Shown here one piece after another: positions 30,371-42,499 of a stretch of DNA of 64,000 nt (the first letter of the stretch is position 1; every line of letters begins with the position of its first letter). The stretch comes from an uncultured delta proteobacterium (GTDB lineage Bacteria; Desulfobacterota; Desulfobacteria; Desulfobacterales; JAFDCJ01), in contig CAVYNY010000022.1 of the NCBI GenBank assembly GCA_963769935.1, positions 96,001 to 160,000 on the forward strand, read 5' to 3'. The translations under genes were made by a program, and so were the position numbers. Under the pieces are notes generated by a model. It had not been told where the DNA came from and did no database searches. It saw only the letters and a program-made list of their open reading frames with translations.

Positions 30371-30563
30371 TTTCGACAAAATCTCAGATGCGCTTGCAGA
30401 CGGTGATCGGGTTGAAATACGTGGGCTGTGCTCTTTTTTTGTTAAAGAATATAAATCCTATCAGGGACGGAATCCTAAAACCGGGGAAAGGGTTCCGGTC
30501 GCTCCCAAAAGATTGCCGTTTTTTAAAGTCGGGATGGAATTGAAGGAGCGGGTGGATTATTGA
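30366..30563 (+). pseudogene. 5'-truncated IHF/HU-family gene (absent from the ORF track)
   Basis: IFFDKISDALADGDRVEIRGLCSFFVKEYKSYQGRNPKTGERVPVAPKRLPFFKVGMELKERVDY*; no start codon. Confidence 0.85.
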
Positions 30564-30591
30564 TTATATGAACCTTTGGTCTTGTCCGATC

Positions 30592-30816
30592 CTATGGAAT
30601 TTTAAGGCTCCCCTCCGAACCGTTTTGAAAATTTTGACATTCTGACAAATCATCTTTTTCCTTAATAACCTTGATCAGCATTTTCACCTCCGCCGGTTGA
30701 TCTTTTATGATCAGAGCATTCGTTGGCGCATAAGCTGCAATTTTGCCCAGTTGTGAAAGAAAAGGAGCCAGAACATTTGCCAGTTGTTCAGCATCTGCAT
30801 GTTCAAGCGAAACCAT
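30592..30816 (-). pseudogene. Secretin N-domain-like fragment
   Basis: LEHADAEQLANVLAPFLS..GKIAAYAPTNALIIKD. Confidence 0.55.
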
Positions 30817-31180
30817 AAGGAATTGTTTGTCGATAGATCACAGATTCAGGGTCTATCCATTGATATAGCAGCGGGCATCCGGTGTTCATCGCTCAGCATG
30901 CAACTGCCTCCTGTTGCCGGGGTGTATTTCAAAATGGCACAGAATCGAGAAGGGTAGGGCGCTGAATGCGGAGGAGATCAATTTTCTAGTGGTTATTGAT
31001 AATGGGGTAGATAGAGCAGCAACTAACTGAGAGATCTCAAATCAAACCCTGTTCACTAAGATAATCAACGATCAATTTGATCCGGTCCAAATCCCTATCT
31101 TAGGATATGTTTAAAATACGCAGCAGGCTGCGATTTTTTATAATTTTTTTTACATTGATTTACTCTGATTTAAACGCTTG

Positions 31181-31466
<286 letters not shown>

Positions 31467-31807
31467 TTTAATTCATTCTGAAAGCTCAACTTTGTGCTGC
31501 CCAGCTGGAATCACAGATTTGGCTTAGCGGTATAATAAATAATTTCAAACTATAAAATCAGGCAAGCTTCTAGGCGGCAAAATTCTTAAAAATTTTGACT
31601 ATTTTTTCTTAAACCGGCCTTATTGTTATTAAAATTATTACGTTAAGCCCAAAACACGGGACAATTTATAGCACAGATCCCTGACTGTCAAACGTTCAGC
31701 GTGGTCCGACCCCAACTCCCCAAACTCCCCCCTTTATGCTGGCTCCCTAAATTCACAAAAACCTGTTTCCGCTGTTTCCGATCAGAAACTTGATGCGAAC
31801 CGACCCT

Positions 31808-32854
31808 TCACCCTAACAGCCGCCGCATAGCCTTTTGACCTCCATCTACTCTTTTCCGCCAACCGGGGCCTTTGTTGCGGGCCTTTTCGAAAGCATCTGT
31901 CAAACTCTCCGGGTCAATTTTTTCAAGCATCTTTTGAAGGTCGAACGATTGCTCGAGGTCCTTTTGGGTCTTCAAAGCGAATCGCCGGTCCCGCTCCTGG
32001 GAAACAATCAACTTGTGTACGGCATACCGTGCCGGCTGTGGGACCCGCACCAGTACCGGGCGGCGGCCTAAAGCTAACGCTGGGATAGGTTCCTCGATCA
32101 GATAATCCAGAAACCGTAACGGGATTGCAGGGATACCCAACTGCCGGATTTCTGATCGTTTGCCCGCAGACGGATTGCGGCCCGTCAGGGGGGTAAGGAA
32201 TTCCACCTTGAATTCTCCTTCACGGGCTTTGAAGCGCGATCCATAAAGGGCCGGATCGGTCTCCATCATAGGCGAAAACCCCATCTCTAAACGCTCAAGA
32301 GCTGTTTGCGGGCAAACCACTTCCGGGATGATGGCGACCGGAACCGTTTTCACTGCAATATCGACATCCGCAGTTACTGCACTTGCGGAAGGAAGCTTAA
32401 TGCCCAGCAAATTGACGATGCACCTGTATGCAATCGTGCCAACCAAGACACCCCCTACGCGAAAGATCCCATCCTGAGCGAGGGCGTTTACCACCCTCCA
32501 CTCGATGGGGTCCAACCTCAGCAGCCCGGCCGCAAGCAACGCCTTCGCTGTCATTTCGATGGCGTTTTTCTCGCCGGCCGCTTCCGCCCTCGCCCTGCTG
32601 AAACGCTCCAGAAGCACTTTCCCGGCATCATCGTAGGGAGCGATATAAACTTGCCGGGTGGTACCGTCCGCCACACGGCCCTGGGCATAAACGTACTTGC
32701 CCGCCCCCACGCGTTTCACTATCAGGCTGCAAGAACTCAGCGACGCCGTGACGTGGTTTGCCTCAAAATCCTGAAGCCTGTCGAGAAGGTCCGCATAAGT
32801 TGTCCGAATTTGCAGAGGGAAAAGACGCGCCTGGTTGTTATCATGCGATTTCAT
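31808..32854 (-). CDS. GSU2403-type nucleotidyltransferase-fold protein
   Basis: GVLVGTIAY, TADVDIA, VEFLTP, LRFLDYL, VPQPARYAVHKLIVS, KDLEQ. Confidence 0.75.
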   Translation of the reverse strand: MKSHDNNQARLFPLQIRTTYADLLDRLQDFEANHVTASLSSCSLIVKRVGAGKYVYAQGRVADGTTRQVYIAPYDDAGKVLLERFSRARAEAAGEKNAIEMTAKALLAAGLLRLDPIEWRVVNALAQDGIFRVGGVLVGTIAYRCIVNLLGIKLPSASAVTADVDIAVKTVPVAIIPEVVCPQTALERLEMGFSPMMETDPALYGSRFKAREGEFKVEFLTPLTGRNPSAGKRSEIRQLGIPAIPLRFLDYLIEEPIPALALGRRPVLVRVPQPARYAVHKLIVSQERDRRFALKTQKDLEQSFDLQKMLEKIDPESLTDAFEKARNKGPGWRKRVDGGQKAMRRLLG

Positions 32855-32855
32855 G

Positions 32856-32925
32856 TTTGTATGGTAACTGAACCAGAAAAAATAATCAAGGCCAATACCA
32901 TACAAAATTAATTTCGTATGGTATT
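32856..32925 (-). promoter_or_regulatory. Leaderless promoter plus near-perfect 32-bp palindrome
   Basis: TTGATT-N17-TACCAT-N6-ATG; AATACCATAC-AAAATTAATTTC-GTATGGTATT at 32894-32925. Confidence 0.65.
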
Positions 32926-33006
32926 CGAATTAAAGGTTCCGAGAATTCATTAAAAAAAATGAAGTTGTTGACAGGGTTGACACAATTAATTCGGGGTGGT
33001 TAAAAC

Positions 33007-33154
33007 TGGTCGGAGCGAGATTTACCCGCCGGTTTTGTGGCGGGGGATTTGAATGCGCCGGAGGCGCACAAGTACGCCGGAGGCGCATAAACCTCCAGTG
33101 GGGATTGCTTTTTAATCGCCTATGGCGAGTATCCGCCTTTAGCGGGCTCCGACT
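33007..33154 (-). repeat. Degenerate tRNA-Pro 3' copy broken by mini-hairpin insertions
   Basis: TGGTCGGAGCGAGA + insert + GGATTTGAA + insert + CCTCC; inserts have CGCC-n-GGCG cores. Confidence 0.7.
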
Positions 33155-33190
33155 CGAGTTCGTTGAGCCATTTACGCCCTTGGCCTGATT

Positions 33191-33460
33191 TCAGAAATGC
33201 TTTGAAGCAAAGGCCCGCCCTGAATGACTTTTTAAGTATTTTTCAAATGCTGCCGCTTTTTTCCGAGAGTGAAAGGCGATGGCCGTTTCAATTTGCCAAG
33301 GACGATATCTGGATGTATGGGGGTTGTTTCCTTGGTTGTGAGATTTCAGGCGAGCCTCCAAATCATCAGTCATTCCAATGTATCGATGGGTTGCATCTTT
33401 CTCACTCAATAAAACATAAACATAAGTGAAATCCTTCAATTTTTTCTTCTGGCTTGCCAA
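33191..33460 (-). CDS. Small GIY-YIG nuclease
   Basis: YVYVL..YIGMT.DL..RL..HN.G...HT..YRPW, FEKYLKS.SGR. Confidence 0.88.
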   Translation of the reverse strand: MASQKKKLKDFTYVYVLLSEKDATHRYIGMTDDLEARLKSHNQGNNPHTSRYRPWQIETAIAFHSRKKAAAFEKYLKSHSGRAFASKHF

Positions 33461-33564
33461 GGCGTAGTTCGAAACGGTGATTATGCGGTTAATGAGATTT
33501 GCCCGGCTTCGCTTTCAGCTACGCCGTGGCAGTCTTCGTTCTCAACTGCGTTTCGAACGAAGAC

Positions 33565-33641
<77 letters not shown>

Positions 33642-33949
33642 ATCTTGAAATGACTAAATTAGAAAAATGGAGATCAGAATTTCGATTCGAGGGGAATAAT
33701 TACCACGCTTCGTTTTTTGGTGCAAGACCATTCATTGATTGCCTTAAAGCTCCATCACACATGCAAGTGAGTGACTGATTTTACAGAATTTTCCTTGCAA
33801 ATCAGAGATTAAAATCAAGATAGATTCCGATTTTTAAACCCAATATTCCATTATTCCAGTTCCTCGTTCCATCGTTCCATAGGGTGTCACAAGGTTAACT
33901 CCTCCCCGCTGGGGTGAAATCAAAGCCGAGTCCTCCGGGCTCGGATTCT

Positions 33950-34699
33950 TTAGTGCTCCTTTTCAAAATATTCGTCTATTCCCTGCCTGATGGCCAAAGC
34001 AAGATCAGTCAAAAATCGTTGATCATGCAAATTTTTCTCGTCGGCAGGATTGGTTAAGTAACCGATTTCAATTAGGATAGCCGGCATGTTGGCACCCTCC
34101 AGCACCACCAGGGGAGCGCCGGCAACCCTGCTTTCCTTGACGACGCCGGAAGCGGTGAGACGGGCATTGACCAAGCCGGCCAGAATTTGACTTTTTTTTA
34201 TATAGCGATTTTGAATCTGATCCCATAAGATCGGTGCATTTGCATTATCCGCCGTACTCGAGAGGCCTGCCGTCGGCCTCCGGGCTTCTTCTGAAAAAGG
34301 CTGATAATGGTATATAATGGTGCCCGAGGTGCTGTGGACCAAACTGCCGCCGGTATGGATGCTGACAAAAAGATCAGCTTTCAGATTATTGGCCGTAGCC
34401 GTGCGATTTTCCAGGCTCAGCCGGTTGTCAGTGGTGCGGGTCAGCACCACCCTGTAATTTCCCTGCAGTTCGGAGGCCAGAATGCGGGCCAGGTTCAGCG
34501 TCACCGTTTTTTCCAGACCGCCTTCCGGCCCCCGGGCGCCAATTTCATCACCGCCGTGACCCGGATCCAATACGATAAGTTTTTTATAGGCTTCGAACAA
34601 CGGCAGTTTAGCAGCGGCGGCGGGTGCGTTGCCGCTAAGAATAAACACCGCAATCAACACCAATACGGCATGTTGATAAGGCTTTGAAGATGCAATCAC
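33950..34699 (-). CDS. N-acetylmuramoyl-L-alanine amidase (Amidase_3)
   Basis: VLDPGHGG, EK..L, FVSIH, AILIEIGYLTN; signal peptide. Confidence 0.9.
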   Translation of the reverse strand: MIASSKPYQHAVLVLIAVFILSGNAPAAAAKLPLFEAYKKLIVLDPGHGGDEIGARGPEGGLEKTVTLNLARILASELQGNYRVVLTRTTDNRLSLENRTATANNLKADLFVSIHTGGSLVHSTSGTIIYHYQPFSEEARRPTAGLSSTADNANAPILWDQIQNRYIKKSQILAGLVNARLTASGVVKESRVAGAPLVVLEGANMPAILIEIGYLTNPADEKNLHDQRFLTDLALAIRQGIDEYFEKEH

Positions 34700-34750
34700 A
34701 ATATCGACCTAAGGTACAGGCTTAACATTTATGCTTGACAGCTATTCGGA

Positions 34751-34779
34751 TTGACATTATTTGATTTGTTCCTTATACT
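34751..34779 (+). promoter_or_regulatory. Sigma70-type promoter upstream of tRNA-Leu/tig
   Basis: TTGACA-N17-TATACT. Confidence 0.55.
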
Positions 34780-35017
34780 GGTATCTATCGAAAATGGGTA
34801 TAAAGTCAAGAGGGTAGGTTCGCCTGATGGATTAAATTCCGATCATAGATTCCGTTCGATTTCAATGCCGCAACCCCGCCCGGTTTAAACTTAAGAATCT
34901 TGGTCCGAAATATGAGGCTTTGATTGGCGCCAGAGGGGTATATTTTCGGCCGTAAGTCAACCAATTGCGGAACTGATCGAATTCCAAGGGCCGGATTTTG
35001 GGTCTTGGAACGAAAAT

Positions 35018-35104
35018 GCGAGAGTGGCGGAATTGGTAGACGCACTGGACTTAGGATCCAGCTCTGGCGACAGAGTGGGAGTTCAAGTCTCCCCTCTCGC
35101 ACCA
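35018..35104 (+). tRNA. tRNA-Leu(TAG)
   Basis: GCGAGAGTGGCGGAATTGGTAGACGC, anticodon arm CTGGA-CTTAGGA-TCCAG, long variable arm, CCA. Confidence 0.96.
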
Positions 35105-35168
35105 TTTTGCAACTACAATCAAGTGCCTGGAGGCAGACGGAGGTCAGGCACTCTGTTATCTAGAAAGG

Positions 35169-36521
35169 ATGAAGATGCAAGTTTCCGTAGAAGATATCAA
35201 CAGTGTAAAGAAGACGCTTCATATCGAGATACCTGAAGCAGATGTTGTCCGCGAACTGGACCAGGCCTACAATGAACTCAAAAAAAGGGCGAAAGTCAAA
35301 GGCTTTCGGCCCGGTAAAGTCCCCCGCTCAGTAGTGGTGCGGTTATTTAAGAAAGATGTGCATGCCGATGTGACTTCCAAACTGATCCAAAGCTCCTTTG
35401 TGGACGCTCTCAAAGAGACGGATCTTAAAGTGGTGGGAACCCCTCAGCTCGATCCGCCTGAATTGCAGGACTCGGGTCCTTACAGGTATGACGCCACAGT
35501 GGAAGTTTCACCCGATATTGGGGACATTGATTACAGCGGCATGTCCCTTAAAAGGACAAACTACAAGGTCTCTGAAGAGGAGATCGAGTCTCAGCTCAAG
35601 CTGCTCCAGAAAAACCTGGCCAAGCATGAGAAAATAGAAGAATCCCGTCCGGCCCGGGAAGGTGATTTTGCAATCATCGATTTTGAAGGATTGCATGACG
35701 GCCAACCCTTTGCGGAAACAGCCAAAACAGAAAATTTTACCCTGCAGATCGGCAAAGGGCCGATTATCAAAGAATTTGACGATCAGCTGATCGGCATGCA
35801 ACCGGGCGATACGAAGGAGTTCACCGTAAACTTTCCCTCCGATTACTTTAATGATAAACTGGCGAATCATGAAATTTCGTTCCAGGTGACGCTGCATGAA
35901 ATCCGTGAGGAGGTGCTGCCGGCCATCGACGATGTGCTCGCCAAGAAAGCCGGCCAATACGAGAGCCTGGATGACCTGAAAAAAGTCATTACGGAAAATC
36001 TGGAGCAGGGCTATGCCAAACGGGTGGATCAGGAAATGCATGAGCAAATTTTCAGTGAATTGATTGCAAGATCCGATTTCGAGGTACCCGATACCATGGT
36101 CGGCATGGAACTGGAAGGCATCATCAATGAAGCCGAGCGCTCTTTTTCCTATCGGAACATGACTTTTGAGGATGTGGGCTTATCCAGGGAATCCATCGCC
36201 GATAAATATCGTGACACCGCCCTCAAACAGGTAAAACGGCACCTTATCCTGGACCGAATCGGTGAACAGGAGCATCTCACCATCGCCGATGACGAGTTGG
36301 AAGAAGCCTTAACCGAAATGGCGGCCAATTTCAATCAGCCGGTTGAGGAAATCAAGAAATATTACGATCAGAACAAGGATAAGCTTGAGTTTTTTAAACA
36401 GACGCTACTTGAAAAGAAGGCTATAAATCTTATCATTGAGGGTAGCCGCATAGAAGACGTGGAACCCGAGAAAGAGGCAGCTATAGCCGATGACAGCCAA
36501 CCGGCAACCTCGGACGTCTGA
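35169..36521 (+). CDS. tig: Trigger factor
   Basis: GFRPGKVP motif, FKBP domain, synteny. Confidence 0.96.
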   Translation: MKMQVSVEDINSVKKTLHIEIPEADVVRELDQAYNELKKRAKVKGFRPGKVPRSVVVRLFKKDVHADVTSKLIQSSFVDALKETDLKVVGTPQLDPPELQDSGPYRYDATVEVSPDIGDIDYSGMSLKRTNYKVSEEEIESQLKLLQKNLAKHEKIEESRPAREGDFAIIDFEGLHDGQPFAETAKTENFTLQIGKGPIIKEFDDQLIGMQPGDTKEFTVNFPSDYFNDKLANHEISFQVTLHEIREEVLPAIDDVLAKKAGQYESLDDLKKVITENLEQGYAKRVDQEMHEQIFSELIARSDFEVPDTMVGMELEGIINEAERSFSYRNMTFEDVGLSRESIADKYRDTALKQVKRHLILDRIGEQEHLTIADDELEEALTEMAANFNQPVEEIKKYYDQNKDKLEFFKQTLLEKKAINLIIEGSRIEDVEPEKEAAIADDSQPATSDV

Positions 36522-36578
36522 TTCAGCAATAAATAATTCGAGCACTCAACGTCAAAACGCAACTAAAGGAGAAATTCT

Positions 36579-37193
36579 GTGCCACTGATACCCATGGTTA
36601 TCGAGCAAAGCAGCCGGGGGGAGCGAGCCTATGACATCTATTCCAGGCTGCTCAAAGACAGGATCATTTTTCTGGGAACGGCAATGAACGATGAGGTTGC
36701 CAATCTCTTGATCGCCCAGCTGCTTTTTCTGGAGTCCGAAGATCCTGACAAGGATATCAACTTTTATATCAACTCTCCGGGCGGTCTGGTGACCGCTGGA
36801 ATGGCTGTGTATGACACCATGCAATACATCAAGCCCGACATAACCACGGTGTGTATCGGCCAGGCGGCCAGCATGGGCGCTTTGCTGCTTACGGCGGGAA
36901 GCAACGGCAAAAGGTACTCGCTGCCCAACTCGAGAATTCTCATCCACCAGCCGATGGGCGGATTTCAGGGACAGGCCTCTGATATCGCCATTCAGGCCAA
37001 AGAAATTCTTCGCATGAAAGACACATTGAATCAAATCCTGGTTAAGCACACCGGCAAGGATCTGGAACAGATACAAAGAGATACGGACCGCGATTTTTTT
37101 ATGACCGGTGAAGAGGCGAAAGCTTACGGAATCATCGATCATGTGATCACAACTCGGGACGATCTTGATAAAATAGATATGGCGGAGGCTTAA
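36579..37193 (+). CDS. clpP: Clp protease proteolytic subunit
   Basis: [22 protein letters not shown]. Confidence 0.97.
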   Translation: MPLIPMVIEQSSRGERAYDIYSRLLKDRIIFLGTAMNDEVANLLIAQLLFLESEDPDKDINFYINSPGGLVTAGMAVYDTMQYIKPDITTVCIGQAASMGALLLTAGSNGKRYSLPNSRILIHQPMGGFQGQASDIAIQAKEILRMKDTLNQILVKHTGKDLEQIQRDTDRDFFMTGEEAKAYGIIDHVITTRDDLDKIDMAEA

Positions 37194-37194
37194 T

Positions 37195-38439
37195 ATGCCC
37201 AAGAAAAAAGACGAAAATGACAACCTGTTTTGTTCATTTTGCGGCAAAAACCAATCCGAAGTCCGCAAGCTGATTGCCGGCCCGGCGGTATACATCTGTG
37301 ACGAATGCATCCAGCTTTGCAGTGAAATCATTGAGGAGGAAAGTGAAAAGGATGCCACCGACACCGAACATGTGATGGTGCCCAAAGAAATCAAGGGCAA
37401 GCTGGACAATTACGTCATCGAACAAGAGGCGGCCAAAAAAGTACTCTCGGTGGCGGTTTACAATCATTACAAGCGCTTGGACACCACCTTCAACAGCGGG
37501 GAAGTCGAAATCCAGAAGAGCAACATTCTTTTGATCGGTCCCACCGGCTGCGGGAAAACCTTGCTGGCCCAGACCCTGGCGCGGTTTTTAAACGTACCGT
37601 TCACCATTGCCGATGCCACGAGTCTGACCGAGGCCGGTTATGTAGGGGAGGATGTTGAAAACATCATTTTATCTCTGCTGCAAAATGCCGACTATGACGT
37701 GGAAAAAGCCAAACGCGGCATCGTTTACATTGATGAAATTGATAAGATTGCCAGCAAAACGGACAATCCCTCCATTACACGCGATGTGTCCGGAGAGGGT
37801 GTGCAGCAGGCCTTGCTGAAAATAATCGAGGGAACCACCGCCAGCGTACCGCCCAAAGGCGGCCGCAAACATCCCCAGCAGGATTTTGTTAAAGTCGACA
37901 CCTCGAATATACTGTTTGTTTGCGGCGGAACCTTCACGGGCTTGGAAAAAATTATCCAGCGTCGACTCGGTTCCAAAATGATGGGGTTCGGCGCCAAGAT
38001 CGTGCAGGAAAAGGAGCGCAGCATCGGAGAAATATTAAAACTGGTTCAGCCGGAGGACCTGATCAAATTCGGATTGATCCCTGAATTCCTGGGCCGCCTG
38101 CCGGTGATTGCCACGCTGGACGAGCTCAACGAAGAGGCCTTGATCCGGATCCTCAAAGAACCGAAAAATGCGCTGCTCAAACAATTTCAGAAGCTTTTTG
38201 AAATGGAAGGCGTAAACCTGAGGTTGACCGACAGTGCGCTTTCGGCCATTGCCAAAGAGGCCATGAAACGCAAATCAGGGGCCCGGGGACTGCGTGCGAT
38301 CCTGGAAGCCTGCATGCTTGATATCATGTATGAACTTCCGTCTGCTGAAAATGTCAAAGAATGTGTTATCGGCGAAGACGTCGTCATGCACAAAGAGGAT
38401 CCAATTCTGCTGTACGAGCAGACCAAAAAGCAGGCCTGA
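37195..38439 (+). CDS. clpX: Clp protease ATP-binding subunit
   Basis: CSFCGK zinc finger, [22 protein letters not shown]. Confidence 0.97.
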   Translation: MPKKKDENDNLFCSFCGKNQSEVRKLIAGPAVYICDECIQLCSEIIEEESEKDATDTEHVMVPKEIKGKLDNYVIEQEAAKKVLSVAVYNHYKRLDTTFNSGEVEIQKSNILLIGPTGCGKTLLAQTLARFLNVPFTIADATSLTEAGYVGEDVENIILSLLQNADYDVEKAKRGIVYIDEIDKIASKTDNPSITRDVSGEGVQQALLKIIEGTTASVPPKGGRKHPQQDFVKVDTSNILFVCGGTFTGLEKIIQRRLGSKMMGFGAKIVQEKERSIGEILKLVQPEDLIKFGLIPEFLGRLPVIATLDELNEEALIRILKEPKNALLKQFQKLFEMEGVNLRLTDSALSAIAKEAMKRKSGARGLRAILEACMLDIMYELPSAENVKECVIGEDVVMHKEDPILLYEQTKKQA

Positions 38440-38558
38440 TCGGACGTATCCGACGGTTGAGCTGTGTGTCAGCGAGTGACTGTGCAGCGGGTCTTAGCGT
38501 TGATTCTGCAACTTTAAACCTTAAACTTTTTAATTAAAATAATCGAGATTTTGTAATT

Positions 38559-40994
38559 ATGGTTAATATTCCGAAATTTTTCAAGGAAGAAGATGTTCAA
38601 TCATCAAAAAATATACTGCCGCTTTTACCTTTAAGGGATATCGTCATCTTTCCCCACATGGTGGCTCCGCTTTTCGTGGGGCGGGAGAAATCGGTGAATG
38701 CACTGACCGATGCCATGAACAAAGAAAAGAATGTATTTCTGGCAACGCAAACCAAGGCCGGTATCGACAACCCCGGTGAGAACGACATTAGCTATGTCGG
38801 GACTATTGGAAAAGTGCTGCAACTTTTGCGATTACCGGACGGTACGGTAAAAGCGCTGGTAGAAGGCAAGGCCAGAGCCAGGATTGTGCGCTTTATCCAT
38901 AACGAGGATTTTTTTCAGGTAGAGCTCAAAAAAATTGCTGCCTCCGATCTGCCGCGTGCCGAAGCAGAGGCGTTAATGCGCTCAATCCAGGAAGTCTTCG
39001 AAGATTATGCCAAATTGAATAAGAACATTTCCAAAGAGCTGGTGAGCAATGTCGCCGCCATTTTAGATCCGTCCCAGATGGCCGATACGGTGGCTTCTCA
39101 TTTTTCGTTTAAGATCGAGGACAAGCAGCGCTTGTTGGAAAGTATTGACTTGTCCGAGAGAATGTCATTGCTTTTGAGTCTCATAAAAATGGAGATCGAA
39201 GTCTTTCGGATGGACCAGCGCATCAAATCCCGGGTCAAGGAACAGATGGAAAAGACCCAAAAGAATTACTATCTGAATGAACAGATGCGTGCCATAAAAA
39301 AAGAGATGGGGGCCGAAGATGACGGCAGTGATGAAATCAAAGAACTCGAAGAAAAGATAAAAAATAAAAAGATGTCCAAAGAGGCCACCGAGAAGGTTGA
39401 GGCTGAACTCAAAAAATTGAAGCTGATGACACCCATGTCGGCCGAGGCCACGGTGGTTCGCAACTATATTGATTGGATCATCAGTCTGCCCTGGTATAAA
39501 ACGACCGAAGTCCAGGAGGATCTTGACGCGGCTGAAAAAATACTCGAAGAAGATCACTACGGACTCGAGAAACCCAAAGAACGCATCCTTGAGTATCTGG
39601 CGGTACAGGCACTCGTCAAAAAGATAAGGGGCCCCATTCTTTGTTTTGTCGGACCCCCGGGAGTCGGCAAGACCTCCCTGGCCAAATCCATTGCGCGCGC
39701 CACCGGCAGGGAGTATGTGCGCCTGTCATTGGGAGGGGTGCGGGATGAAGCTGAAATTCGGGGACACCGCCGAACCTATATCGGGGCGCTTCCCGGTAAG
39801 ATTCTGCAGTCCTTGAAAAAAGTCGGCGTCAATAATCCGGTTTTTTGCCTGGATGAAGTCGATAAAATGAGCATGGATTTCAGGGGTGATCCTTCGGCGG
39901 CGCTGCTGGAAGTTCTCGATCCCGAGCAGAACTTTGCCTTCAACGACCATTACCTGGATCTTGACTACGATCTGTCGGACATTTTGTTTATTACGACCGC
40001 CAACACCCTGCCGGACATTCCGCTGCCGCTGCAGGATCGCATGGAAATTATTCGGCTGCCCGGGTATACCGAGTACGAAAAATACCATATTGGCGAGGGC
40101 TTTCTGGTACCCAAGCAGATTAAGAACAACGGACTTGAAAGCCGGGATGTTGAGTTCTCAAGGAATGCGATTCTAACCATCATACGTCGCTATACCCGCG
40201 AAGCCGGCGTCCGGAACCTGGAGCGTGAACTCGCATCGATTTGCCGCAAACTGGCCAAAGAAGCCGTCAAAGACAAATCAAAGATGGAATTCAGGGTAAA
40301 TGAAAAGTCCATTGCCAAATACCTGGGACCCTTCCGGTTCCGGCAGGAGCAGGTGGAGGAAACGGACCAGATCGGTATGGTGACCGGATTAGCCTGGACC
40401 CCGGTGGGCGGTGAGCTGCTTTTTATCGAGACGCTGATTATGCCCGGCAGGGGCAAACTGACTGTAACCGGCAAACTGGGCGAAGTCATGCAGGAGTCCG
40501 CCCAGGCCGCCGTGAGTTATGTTCGATCCCGGGCAGCCAACCTGATGATTGACGACAAGTTCTACAAAAAGTACGACATTCACATTCACATTCCGGAGGG
40601 AGCCATTCCCAAAGACGGGCCATCAGCCGGAATATCCATGTGCACCTCACTGGTGTCGGCCTTGGCGAAGATACCGGTCCATCGCAATATCGCCATGACG
40701 GGTGAAATTACGCTGCGGGGCCGCATCCTGCCGATCGGCGGCCTGAAGGAAAAGATCATTGCGGCCCACCGCGGCGGGATCAAAAAAGTTTTGATCCCTA
40801 AAGAAAATGAAAAAGATCTCAAAGACGTTCCCAAGAGCATCTCAAAACAGCTGGAGATCGTGCCGGTCGAACACATGGATGAAGTCCTCACCCTCGCGAT
40901 GGTCATGGATCACGGCGATACCCTGTTCCGCAAAGTGGATATTCCCTTTGAAATAACGGCTGAAAAACCGGAGAAGCCGCGCCAGCTGGTATAA
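38559..40994 (+). CDS. lon: Lon protease
   Basis: [24 protein letters not shown]. Confidence 0.97.
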   Translation: MVNIPKFFKEEDVQSSKNILPLLPLRDIVIFPHMVAPLFVGREKSVNALTDAMNKEKNVFLATQTKAGIDNPGENDISYVGTIGKVLQLLRLPDGTVKALVEGKARARIVRFIHNEDFFQVELKKIAASDLPRAEAEALMRSIQEVFEDYAKLNKNISKELVSNVAAILDPSQMADTVASHFSFKIEDKQRLLESIDLSERMSLLLSLIKMEIEVFRMDQRIKSRVKEQMEKTQKNYYLNEQMRAIKKEMGAEDDGSDEIKELEEKIKNKKMSKEATEKVEAELKKLKLMTPMSAEATVVRNYIDWIISLPWYKTTEVQEDLDAAEKILEEDHYGLEKPKERILEYLAVQALVKKIRGPILCFVGPPGVGKTSLAKSIARATGREYVRLSLGGVRDEAEIRGHRRTYIGALPGKILQSLKKVGVNNPVFCLDEVDKMSMDFRGDPSAALLEVLDPEQNFAFNDHYLDLDYDLSDILFITTANTLPDIPLPLQDRMEIIRLPGYTEYEKYHIGEGFLVPKQIKNNGLESRDVEFSRNAILTIIRRYTREAGVRNLERELASICRKLAKEAVKDKSKMEFRVNEKSIAKYLGPFRFRQEQVEETDQIGMVTGLAWTPVGGELLFIETLIMPGRGKLTVTGKLGEVMQESAQAAVSYVRSRAANLMIDDKFYKKYDIHIHIPEGAIPKDGPSAGISMCTSLVSALAKIPVHRNIAMTGEITLRGRILPIGGLKEKIIAAHRGGIKKVLIPKENEKDLKDVPKSISKQLEIVPVEHMDEVLTLAMVMDHGDTLFRKVDIPFEITAEKPEKPRQLV

Positions 40995-41025
40995 CTGATT
41001 ATTACTTGAATATTATAAAATACTT

Positions 41026-41060
41026 AAAAAGCCTGTCATTGTTGATGACAGGCTTTTTTT
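41026..41060 (+). terminator. Rho-independent terminator after lon (likely bidirectional)
   Basis: AAAAAGCCTGTCAT-TGTTG-ATGACAGGCTTTTTTT. Confidence 0.88.
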
Positions 41061-41168
41061 ATGGCAGCGCTAATAAAACAATTTGAGTTCGAATCTTTCA
41101 GATAAGTCGCCGGTAGTGCCGATACAAATCATATCTTGCCAAGATAAAAGCCTGGATAGGCCGGAAAC

Positions 41169-41200
41169 AAAAAAGGGGTCGGTAAACAACCCGACCCCTT
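41169..41200 (-). terminator. Terminator after tRNA-Val/tRNA-Asp
   Basis: Minus strand AAGGGGTCGG...CCGACCCCTTTTTT. Confidence 0.85.
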
Positions 41201-41207
41201 CTCGAAA

Positions 41208-41284
<77 letters not shown>

Positions 41285-41324
41285 GAAATTGTTTTGTGAT
41301 TTTGCACCCACCACCCAATTGAAG

Positions 41325-41400
41325 TGGTGGGCGGAACAGGGCTTGAACCTGTGACCTACGGCTTGTAAGGCCGCCGCTCTCCCGACTGAGCTACCCGCCC
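41325..41400 (-). tRNA. tRNA-Val(TAC)
   Basis: GGGCGGGTAGCTCAG...CTTACAA...GTTCAAGC...CCA. Confidence 0.96.
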
Positions 41401-41488
41401 TAATTCGATGGAATTCTCAATGATTGAGAGCTGCCATTTCTAACAGCTAAATATTTTAATGTCAAGATAAAATTGGGGGTTAATTACA

Positions 41489-42499
41489 TCAGTCAATGCG
41501 GCCCTTGCCATGAAATGCGCGGGAGGGCAAGTACCCATGCCAGATGAGGTCGCGGTCTTCCAAATGCCGGCAGTCGGCTGCAGCGGAAGGGCGGTAAACC
41601 AATCTGAACCGCTCGGACCAGTCCAGGGTACCGATTTCTACGGGGGGTGCATTTTCCGTCCGGACGAACCATCTCTCATCGGAGAAATCAATTTCGAAGA
41701 TTTTTTCCTCCTGGGGTTGCAAAACAAGCACATCGCTGTCGACCGGCTGAAATGACTTACAGGAGGTGTTGACCGGAACCCACGCTTTTTGAGCTGACTG
41801 GGCCGTCTCCAGCGATAATGAACAGTCGTCGGGCAGGACGATAAGCGCCAGCGGCGCATCTGAGGCATTGGCCAGCGTCAACGCGACCTTGGCACTGGCC
41901 GGTCCCGGTTGTGTTTGAAGATTTGCCGGAGCGCTTCGCAATATTTCAAGACCCACACCGATGGGGCTCCAACGGTGGCCTTTGATGACGGCCTTGCCGT
42001 TGCGCCCCACCGCAATTTGCATTTCCAGTGGAACCTGGATCTGATTCCGGCTGCCCAGGCGCTTTTCGATCCCACGGCCCCGGCCTTGCTGCACGAAATA
42101 AGCTTCGATGCCGTAGTTTAACTTCAGCGGATAGCCGAACCGACCGTAGCGATATTCGTAGGGACTGCGGCCCACAAGAAAAACCCCGGCGTCGGTCTCT
42201 TCCTTACTGACAGACTCGAGTTCGTACAGGCCATTTGCGGTTTCCTGCAAGTTGACATAGACTTTTTGGCCTTTGATCATCGTGGCCGTATCGCCCCCCG
42301 GCAGATTGGCCGCCGGAATGCTTGATATTTCGTAGTTCAGGCGCACATAGTCGCCCCGGAAGAGGTCGCGCGGATCGATCGGCGCGGTTCGCAGATAGAT
42401 GATTTTGCCGTTTCGCAGGATATATTCGCGCTCTCCGGCCATATAGAGCAGAACCACAATTTGCATCAATACCGCCAGAACGATAAATGTCTTTCTCAT
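41489..42499 (-). CDS. GDYXXLXY domain protein
   Basis: APIDPRDLFRGDYVRLNY, YGIEAYFV; start ATG 42499 overlaps the upstream stop. Confidence 0.85.
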   Translation of the reverse strand: MRKTFIVLAVLMQIVVLLYMAGEREYILRNGKIIYLRTAPIDPRDLFRGDYVRLNYEISSIPAANLPGGDTATMIKGQKVYVNLQETANGLYELESVSKEETDAGVFLVGRSPYEYRYGRFGYPLKLNYGIEAYFVQQGRGRGIEKRLGSRNQIQVPLEMQIAVGRNGKAVIKGHRWSPIGVGLEILRSAPANLQTQPGPASAKVALTLANASDAPLALIVLPDDCSLSLETAQSAQKAWVPVNTSCKSFQPVDSDVLVLQPQEEKIFEIDFSDERWFVRTENAPPVEIGTLDWSERFRLVYRPSAAADCRHLEDRDLIWHGYLPSRAFHGKGRID

